Of a stretch of DNA of 32,000 bases, positions 26,529 to 32,000 are shown in pieces (positions within the stretch are counted from its first letter, which is position 1; every line of letters starts with the position of its first letter). The translations under genes were made by a program, and so were the position numbers. Where the stretch lies: the sequence record CM128224.1, one strand, 5' to 3'. The notes below the pieces were generated by a model that saw only the letters and a list, made by a program, of their open reading frames with translations, did no database searches and was not told the DNA's origin.

Positions 26529-26838
26529 TGGGGATAGAGAGACTTGAACTCTCACGATTCAATGAATCAACGGATTTTCAGTTTTTAGAAGCTGGACTCT
26601 CTCTTTATCCTTAAATCAAATTAAAATTTGTTTGCGGATAGCTCCCGTCGAGTCTCTGCACCTTTTGCTAGAAAAATAATTTTTAAAGCAAATTGGCTCA
26701 GGATTGTCTTTTTTATTTAAAGATTTCCCTGAATTTGAGAGCATTCACTATTAAAGTTTCCTCTAATAGGCTCAATTTATATATAAATATAAATAGTACC
26801 TTTAAGTCCGTTGCGTCTACCGATTCCGCCATATCCCC
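26529..26838 (-). tRNA. trnL: tRNA-Leu(UAA) interrupted by a group I intron (exon 1 26804-26838, exon 2 26529-26578)
   Basis: The reverse complement gives ggggatatggcggaatcggtagacgcaacggactT | intron | AAaatccgttgattcattgaatcgtgagagttcaagtctctctatcccca. The split falls between U34 and A35 of the anticodon, as in the classical cyanobacterial/plastid trnL intron. Confidence 0.93.
26579..26803 (-). ncRNA. Group I intron of trnL(UAA), 225 nt, no ORF
   Basis: It contains the conserved trnL-intron core blocks gacaatcctgagccaa and attcagggaaatc (read on the minus strand). It ends with G immediately before exon 2. There is no room for a homing endonuclease. Confidence 0.85.
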
Positions 26839-27018
26839 AATAAAAAAATTATTATTTAATTGCATATATATATACAATATAGTAATAATTTTTTTAATTT
26901 TAGTAAAATTTTAAAATTAAATATTGCAGTTTTTTCTAGAGACGAATACAATATTATAAAAATATAAATATACAAAAATTTTGTTAAATTTCCGTAATAA
27001 AATATAAAGGTTCAAACT

Positions 27019-27100
27019 GGGTCGATGCCCGAGTGGTTAATGGGGGCGGATTGTAAATCCGCTGGCTTTGCCTACGCTGGTTCAAATCCAGCTCGGCCCA
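27019..27100 (+). tRNA. trnY: tRNA-Tyr(GUA)
   Basis: Acceptor gggtcga/tcggccc, anticodon stem gcgga/tccgc with loop ttGTAaa, a long variable arm, and T arm gctgg-ttcaaat-ccagc. Confidence 0.92.
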
Positions 27101-27110
27101 AAAATAAAAA

Positions 27111-27221
27111 TTAATTTGCTGACTGACTACTTTCTGTTTTTACGTAAAGAATTAAAAGAAATGCAGTAGGAATAATAATAAATAGAGCAGTTGCAATTAA
27201 ACCAAGAATATTTACTTCCAT
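27111..27221 (-). CDS. psbM: Photosystem II protein M (36 aa; absent from the ORF track)
   Basis: Hand translation of the minus strand gives [36 protein letters not shown], the canonical PsbM pattern MEVNIL.(F/L)IAT.LFI..PT.FLL..YV.T. Confidence 0.88.
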   Translation of the reverse strand: MEVNILGLIATALFIIIPTAFLLILYVKTESSQSAN

Positions 27222-27382
27222 TAAAATATATCCTTTTTATTTGTTAAGTATTATATATTTAAATCCGATTCAATAAAATTTAAATAAAAAATAATTTTTT
27301 AATTTATCCTTTTTTTATTCTACTCTAAAATAAAAAAATGATAAAAATTTTAATATAATTATATTATTAAAACTCGAAGTAA

Positions 27383-27469
27383 CGGAAAGGGAGGGATTCG
27401 AACCCCCGGTAGCTTTAACACTACGTCGGTTTTCAAAACCGATGCATTGAACCGCTCTGCCACCTTTCC
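27383..27469 (-). tRNA. trnS: tRNA-Ser(UGA)
   Basis: The reverse complement reads ggaaaggtggcagagcggttcaatgcatcggttTGAaaaccgacgtagtgttaaagctaccgggggttcgaatccctccctttccg. It has a long variable arm and anticodon loop ttTGAaa. Confidence 0.9.
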
Positions 27470-27487
27470 TAATAAGTATCAAATTAT

Positions 27488-27559
27488 AGCGGATAACGCG
27501 ATTCGAACGCGCGACAAGCACCTTGGCAAGGTGCCACTCTACCACTGAGCTATATCCGC
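27488..27559 (-). tRNA. trnG: tRNA-Gly(GCC)
   Basis: The reverse complement reads gcggatatagctcagtggtagagtggcaccttGCCaaggtgcttgtcgcgcgttcgaatcgcgttatccgc. Confidence 0.92.
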
Positions 27560-27673
27560 ATTAAATTGATAGAATTGAACCCTAAGATTATAACCAATAT
27601 ATAATTATTTTGTTTTTTATATTATAATTTTATTATAAAAATTTTATAAATAAAATTCAATTATTTTATTTTC

Positions 27674-27703
27674 TTGACACTTTTCAGTAGTATTAAATAT
27701 TAT
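27674..27703 (+). promoter_or_regulatory. Candidate PEP-type promoter for the trnfM-trnE unit (TTGACA-N18-TATTAT)
   Basis: A perfect TTGACA lies at 27674-27679 and TATTAT at 27698-27703. The tRNA 5' end is 22 nt downstream. Confidence 0.35.
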
Positions 27704-27725
27704 AAAATCAATGATTAATAATGTA

Positions 27726-27799
27726 AGTGGGGTAGAGCAGTCTGGTAGCTCGTAAGGCTCATAACCTTAAGGTCATAGGTTCAAATCCTATTCCCACTC
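27726..27799 (+). tRNA. trnfM: tRNA-Met(CAU), initiator-like body (probable trnfM)
   Basis: agtggggtagagcagtctggtagctcgtaaggctCATaaccttaaggtcataggttcaaatcctattcccactc. The D arm (with an A11:U24 pair) and anticodon arm AAGGCTCATAACCTT match plastid initiator tRNA. However, positions 1:72 form an A:U pair rather than a mismatch. Confidence 0.8.
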
Positions 27800-27835
27800 C
27801 TTAAACTAAATTTTTCATTAAACAATTCCAAACCA

Positions 27836-27908
27836 GCCCCCATCGTCTAGAGGCCTAGGACATTTCCCTTTCACGGAGGAAACGGGGATTCGAATTCCCC
27901 TGGGGGTA
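27836..27908 (+). tRNA. trnE: tRNA-Glu(UUC)
   Basis: gcccccatcgtctagaggcctaggacatttccctTTCacggaggaaacggggattcgaattcccctgggggta closely resembles plastid trnE. Confidence 0.93.
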
Positions 27909-28146
27909 GACAACTAAAAAAAAAATTAAAATATTTAATACTAATAGTTACCATTTAATGTTGTCTTTTTTCAAATAATTGGAAAAAAATTTAAATAATA
28001 TGAATTAAATTTTCTGTTATTTAAGAGTAACTATTTCAATTTTAATTAAAAAAATTACTCTATAATTAAAAAAATTATTTAATTAAGATTTCGTTTTAAT
28101 TTGAATAATTATCAAATTAGTATATAAAAAAACTTTAATTTTATTT

Positions 28147-28494
28147 ATGACTCGAGTAAAACGTGGTAATATTGCCCATAAAAGACGAAAAGAAGTATTA
28201 GATTTAACAAAAGGTTTTCGTGGTTCATCGTCTAAATTATATAGAACCGCCCAACAAAGAACAATAAAAGCATTAACAAATTCTTATAAAGATAGAAAAA
28301 TTAAAAAACGTGAATTTGTTAAAATTTGGGTTTCACGTATAAATGCTGCAGTTCGTTTATCAGGATTAAATTATAGTAACTTTCAAAATCAGCTTAAAAC
28401 CTCTAAAATTCTTCTTAATCGAAAAATTTGCAGTCAAATAGCACTTCAAGATAAAGAATCTTTTGATAAATTACTAGATTTTATTAAAATCTAG
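28147..28494 (+). CDS. rpl20: Ribosomal protein L20
   Basis: MTRVKRGNIAHKRRKEVLDLTKGFRGSSSKLYRTAQQ... is canonical L20. Confidence 0.95.
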   Translation: MTRVKRGNIAHKRRKEVLDLTKGFRGSSSKLYRTAQQRTIKALTNSYKDRKIKKREFVKIWVSRINAAVRLSGLNYSNFQNQLKTSKILLNRKICSQIALQDKESFDKLLDFIKI

Positions 28495-28541
28495 TAATTT
28501 ATCAAAATTTAAATTATAACTATTTATTCTAAATATAAAAA

Positions 28542-28808
28542 ATGAAATCATTTAAAAATACTAATAGCAAAAATTTTTATTTACAAATAAAAAAAAAATT
28601 AAATTTAAATGAGTCTAATTCTCGTTATACTATTGATTATAAAAATACAAAACTTTTAATGAATTTCATTAGCCCACAAGGCAAAATTTTGTCTAAAAAA
28701 ATTACTGGCTTAACCTCAAAACAACAGCGTACTGTAGCAACAGCTATAAAAAGAGGACGTATGAGTGGGTTACTGCCATTTGTTAATCGTTATTTAGTAG
28801 AAAATTAA
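28542..28808 (+). CDS. rps18: Ribosomal protein S18
   Basis: The core [50 protein letters not shown] is the S18 signature. It lies downstream of rpl20. Confidence 0.92.
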   Translation: MKSFKNTNSKNFYLQIKKKLNLNESNSRYTIDYKNTKLLMNFISPQGKILSKKITGLTSKQQRTVATAIKRGRMSGLLPFVNRYLVEN

Positions 28809-28906
28809 AAACAAAAAAAATTTGATTTTTATTAAAAAAATGACATACTATAAATGTAAAAAGTAATAATTTTGTAGAAAAAAAAATTTATTTAAAATTA
28901 TTAAAT

Positions 28907-28979
28907 CACGCTTTGTAGGACTTGAACCCACGGCATCAGGTTTTGGAAACCTGCGTTCTACCAACTGAACTAAAAGCGT
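28907..28979 (-). tRNA. trnW: tRNA-Trp(CCA)
   Basis: The reverse complement reads acgcttttagttcagttggtagaacgcaggtttCCAaaacctgatgccgtgggttcaagtcctacaaagcgtg. Confidence 0.92.
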
Positions 28980-28981
28980 TC

Positions 28982-29055
28982 TCGGGATGACAGGATTTGA
29001 ACCTGCGACCCCCTGTTCCCAAAACAGGCACGCTACCAAACTGCGCTACATCCCG
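28982..29055 (-). tRNA. trnP: tRNA-Pro(UGG), only 2 nt from trnW (dicistronic pair)
   Basis: The reverse complement reads cgggatgtagcgcagtttggtagcgtgcctgtttTGGgaacagggggtcgcaggttcaaatcctgtcatcccga. Confidence 0.92.
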
Positions 29056-29300
29056 AAACTTATATTTTATTTTTATGATATAAAGTAATCTTCCATTTTT
29101 CAATTTTAATGGATTTTAGTAAAAAACTAAAACTTATATACTAAAAATAAATAAATTTTATCTATTTTTTTATAATATAAAATTTATTTTTTACTTTTTT
29201 TATTGATCTTAATATATTTTAAAAATAGTAATTTCTAGGTATTAGAATTTAAAAAAGGTTAATAAAATATTTTAAAAATTAAAAAAAAACAAATTATTAT

Positions 29301-29426
29301 ATGCAAAACTTCAAAACTTATTTATCAACTGCACCAGTTCTTGCTTTAGCAAGTCTAACAGTTGTTGCGGGATTATTAATTGAAATTAATCGATTTTTCC
29401 CTGATTCTTTAATTTTTACTTTTTAG
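29301..29426 (+). CDS. psaJ: Photosystem I subunit IX (PsaJ, 41 aa; absent from the ORF track)
   Basis: Hand translation gives [41 protein letters not shown], which is canonical PsaJ ([12 protein letters not shown]...[13 protein letters not shown]). Confidence 0.9.
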   Translation: MQNFKTYLSTAPVLALASLTVVAGLLIEINRFFPDSLIFTF

Positions 29427-29432
29427 GAATTT

Positions 29433-29804
29433 ATGCCAACTATTCAACAATTAGTAAGATCAGCACGTAAGCGTATGTTTAAAAAAACAAAGTCGCCGGC
29501 GTTACAAGCATGTCCACAAAGAAGAGGTGTATGCACTCGAGTTTATACAAATACTCCAAAAAAACCAAATTCCGCTTTACGAAAAGTAGCACGTGTTCGG
29601 TTATCTTCAAAATTTGAAGTTACTGCTTATATCCCAGGTATTGGCCACAATTTGCAAGAACATTCAGTCGTTTTAGTTAGAGGAGGCCGTGTAAAAGATT
29701 TACCCGGTGTCCGCTATCATATTGTTCGTGGTACTTTGGACTCACTTGGAGTAAAAAATCGTAACCAAGGTCGTTCAAAATATGGTGTAAAACGTCCAAA
29801 ATAA
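29433..29804 (+). CDS. rps12: Ribosomal protein S12, continuous (not trans-spliced)
   Basis: [13 protein letters not shown]...[30 protein letters not shown]... is near-invariant S12. Confidence 0.98.
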   Translation: MPTIQQLVRSARKRMFKKTKSPALQACPQRRGVCTRVYTNTPKKPNSALRKVARVRLSSKFEVTAYIPGIGHNLQEHSVVLVRGGRVKDLPGVRYHIVRGTLDSLGVKNRNQGRSKYGVKRPK

Positions 29805-29831
29805 AAAATTTAAAACTAAATCTATTTTAAT

Positions 29832-29872
29832 ATAATTTTCAATAGAGTTTTTTTGATTCTATTGAAAATTAT
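29832..29872 (+). terminator. Stem-loop in the rps12-rps7 spacer (15-bp stem)
   Basis: ataattttcaataga (29832-29846) pairs with tctattgaaaattat (29858-29872). Confidence 0.45.
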
Positions 29873-29908
29873 AATTTAATCTTTACTAAATATATTCTTT
29901 AACTATTT

Positions 29909-30379
29909 ATGTCACGTCGACGTACAGCAAAAAAACGTACTGTAATGCCTGATCCTCTTTATAAAAGTAGTCTTTTAGAACTTTTAGTACGACAGGTTAT
30001 GCGAAACGGTAAAAAATTATTAGCATATAGAATTATGTATGAAAGCATGAATAAAATTGCTGAAATTACAAAAAAAGATCCACTTGTAATACTTGAACAA
30101 GCAATTCGAAACACAACACCACTTATTGAAGTAAAAGCTCGACGGGTAGGGGGCTCGACATATCAAGTTCCTATTGAAGTTCTTCCTGAACGGGGAACTA
30201 CTTTAGCTATTCGTTGGATATTAACAGCTTGTCGTAATAATCACGGGAAACCAATGTCCGTTATATTAACCAATGAGTTAATTGATGCTTCTAATAAAGC
30301 AGGTAATGCTGTGAAAAAAAAAGATGAAATCCATAGAATGGCAGAAGCCAATAAAGCGTTTGCAAAACAACGTTTTTAG
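29909..30379 (+). CDS. rps7: Ribosomal protein S7
   Basis: [20 protein letters not shown]...[17 protein letters not shown]... is canonical S7, in str-operon order rps12-rps7-tufA. Confidence 0.96.
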   Translation: MSRRRTAKKRTVMPDPLYKSSLLELLVRQVMRNGKKLLAYRIMYESMNKIAEITKKDPLVILEQAIRNTTPLIEVKARRVGGSTYQVPIEVLPERGTTLAIRWILTACRNNHGKPMSVILTNELIDASNKAGNAVKKKDEIHRMAEANKAFAKQRF

Positions 30380-30498
30380 ACTTGAAAAAATTTGAAGGTT
30401 TTATTATAATTATTTGTTAATCAGGATTAATAATCTATTTCTTTAAATTGTTAAATTTTTAAAATTTGTATACAACATAACTAAAAAAGGACTTTTTT

Positions 30499-31728
30499 AT
30501 GGCACGCACAAAATTTGAACGTAAAAAACCACACGTTAATATTGGTACTATTGGTCATGTGGATCATGGTAAAACAACATTAACTGCAGCAATTACTATG
30601 GCATTAGCTGCACGTGATGGTGGAAAAGGTAAAAAATATGACGATATTGATTCTGCACCTGAAGAAAAAGCTCGTGGTATTACTATCAATACAGCTCATG
30701 TAGAGTATGAAACAGAAAATCGCCATTACGCTCATGTAGACTGCCCTGGACATGCGGATTATGTAAAAAACATGATTACTGGTGCTGCTCAAATGGATGG
30801 TGCTATTCTTGTTGTATCTGGTGCTGATGGCCCTATGCCACAAACTAAAGAACACATTCTTTTAGCAAAACAAGTAGGTGTTCCTAATATTGTAGTATTT
30901 ATCAATAAAGAAGACCAAGTAGACGATATTGAATTAATTGAATTAGTAGAATTAGAGGTTCGTGAAACATTACAAAGATACGATTTTCCTGGTGATGAAG
31001 TACCGATGCTTCCTGGATCTGCACTTATGGCATTATCTGCGTTAACAGAAAATCCAAATATTAAACCTGGTGAGAACAAATGGGTTGATAAAATTTATAA
31101 ATTAATGGATACGGTTGATTCTTATATACCAACTCCAAAACGTAACGTAGAAAAACCATTTTTAATGGCAATTGAAGACGTTTTTTCTATTACTGGTCGT
31201 GGTACTGTTGCTACAGGTCGCGTAGAGCGTGGTGTTGTTAAAATCGGGGATACTGTAGAAATTATTGGTTTTGGTAGTACTAAAGTAACTACTGTAACTG
31301 GTTTAGAAATGTTTCAAAAAACACTTGATGAAAGTATGGCGGGGGATAATGTTGGTATTTTACTTCGTGGTATTCAAAAAGCTGATATCCAACGTGGAAT
31401 GGTTTTAGCAAAACCAAAAAGTATTAAACCACATACTAGTTTTGAAGCACAAGTTTACGTTTTAACCAAAGACGAAGGTGGACGTGATACACCTTTTTTT
31501 AAAGGATATCGACCACAATTTTACGTAAGAACAACAGACGTAACTGGTAAAATCGCATCTTTTTCTACTGACGCTGGTGAGCCTCTTAAAATGGTATTAC
31601 CTGGCGACCGTATTCAAATGACAGTAGAATTAATTCAACCTATTGCTATTGAACGCAATATGAGATTTGCTATTCGTGAAGGTGGTAAAACAGTAGGTGC
31701 TGGTGTTGTAGTAAAAATTTTACAATAA
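30499..31728 (+). CDS. tufA: Translation elongation factor Tu
   Basis: 409 aa with [14 protein letters not shown] and NKED GTPase motifs. EF-Tu identity is very high throughout. Confidence 0.98.
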   Translation: MARTKFERKKPHVNIGTIGHVDHGKTTLTAAITMALAARDGGKGKKYDDIDSAPEEKARGITINTAHVEYETENRHYAHVDCPGHADYVKNMITGAAQMDGAILVVSGADGPMPQTKEHILLAKQVGVPNIVVFINKEDQVDDIELIELVELEVRETLQRYDFPGDEVPMLPGSALMALSALTENPNIKPGENKWVDKIYKLMDTVDSYIPTPKRNVEKPFLMAIEDVFSITGRGTVATGRVERGVVKIGDTVEIIGFGSTKVTTVTGLEMFQKTLDESMAGDNVGILLRGIQKADIQRGMVLAKPKSIKPHTSFEAQVYVLTKDEGGRDTPFFKGYRPQFYVRTTDVTGKIASFSTDAGEPLKMVLPGDRIQMTVELIQPIAIERNMRFAIREGGKTVGAGVVVKILQ

Positions 31729-31776
31729 AATAAAACTCAATATATATTTAAAAATAAATATATATTGAGTTTTATT
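31729..31776 (+). terminator. tufA 3' inverted repeat (21-bp perfect stem)
   Basis: aataaaactcaatatatattt (31729-31749) pairs with aaatatatattgagttttatt (31756-31776). Confidence 0.6.
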
Positions 31777-31793
31777 GATAAAAAAAAATATAT

Positions 31794-32000
31794 ATGAACA
31801 ATTTTCAAAATATTATAAAAAAGATTGAATATAAATTTTCAAAAAACCAATTACCTGAGATAAAAGTCGGCGATTTTATCCGTCTTGGTATTTCTATTCA
31901 AGAATCCGGAAAACAACGTGTACAACCTTTTGAAGGAACAGTAATTGCTCTACATAAAGCAGGTTTAAATACCACAGTTACTGTAAGAAAAATTTTACAA
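31794..32000 (+). CDS. rpl19: Ribosomal protein L19, 5' part (runs off the window)
   Basis: Hand translation gives MNNFQNIIKKIEYKFSKNQLPEIKVGDFIRLGISIQESGKQRVQPFEGTVIALHKAGLNTTVTVRKILQ. This matches the L19 pattern (..VGD.(I/V).(L/V)...I.EG.K.R.Q.FEG.VIA....G...T.TVRK). The frame is still open at 32000. Confidence 0.85.
   Translation, partial: MNNFQNIIKKIEYKFSKNQLPEIKVGDFIRLGISIQESGKQRVQPFEGTVIALHKAGLNTTVTVRKILQ

Noticed and set aside
26693-26914. 73-aa ORF on the + strand
   Set aside because: It overlaps the trnL(UAA) group I intron and exon 1 on the opposite strand. It begins at a non-ATG codon and is AT-rich low complexity. It is not a homing endonuclease: no LAGLIDADG or GIY-YIG motif is present.
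30604-31079. Two antisense ORFs (83 and 96 aa) within tufA
   Set aside because: They are embedded in one of the most conserved genes in the window and have no independent signals. Other embedded short ORFs are rejected for the same reason: 623-805, 1475-1693, 2798-3016, 3895-4122, 14233-14433 and 22145-22336.

Overview
This window is a contiguous piece of a green-algal (chlorophyte-type) chloroplast genome. It is very AT-rich, especially between genes. I can support 26 protein genes: psaA, psaB, atpB, atpE, rps4, psaC, ycf20, minD, chlN, chlL, ccsA, rpl32, cysT, a ycf1-like giant ORF, psbB, psbT, psbN, psbH, psbM, rpl20, rps18, psaJ, rps12, rps7, tufA and the 5' part of rpl19. There is also a complete rrn operon (16S, trnI-GAU, trnA-UGC, 23S, 5S; both spacer tRNAs lack introns) and 14 tRNA genes in total. 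One of these, trnL(UAA), is split by a 225-nt ORF-less group I intron. Five small genes were missed by the ORF track or hidden inside longer spurious ORFs, and I found them by hand translation: rpl32, psbT, psbN, psbM and psaJ. Nearly every transcription unit ends in a long perfect inverted repeat, the usual chloroplast mRNA 3' stem-loop. A few sigma70-like (PEP-type) promoter candidates are visible. The gene content points to a chlorophyte plastome with ancestral gene content (prasinophyte, trebouxiophyte or pedinophyte grade): tufA, minD, cysT, chlL/chlN, rpl19 and ycf20 are present, psaA and rps12 are unsplit, and trnI/trnA have no introns. It does not look like a land plant or a chlamydomonadalean plastome. 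I see no CRISPR array, transposon, defence locus or clearly novel multi-gene system, so I regard this as an essentially ordinary organellar region. The items most worth a second look are listed here. (1) The 1095-aa ycf1-like ORF has a long acidic low-complexity insert containing an in-frame 21-nt direct repeat. (2) MinD carries a ~78-aa Lys/Glu-rich N-terminal extension that includes an A14 homopolymer. (3) A perfect 44-nt palindrome sits between convergent psbT and psbN and overlaps the psbN coding end. (4) The unusually long atpB-atpE spacer contains two mutually exclusive hairpins. (5) An initiator-like tRNA-Met(CAU) has a Watson-Crick 1:72 pair. (6) A trnL(GAG) gene is present.
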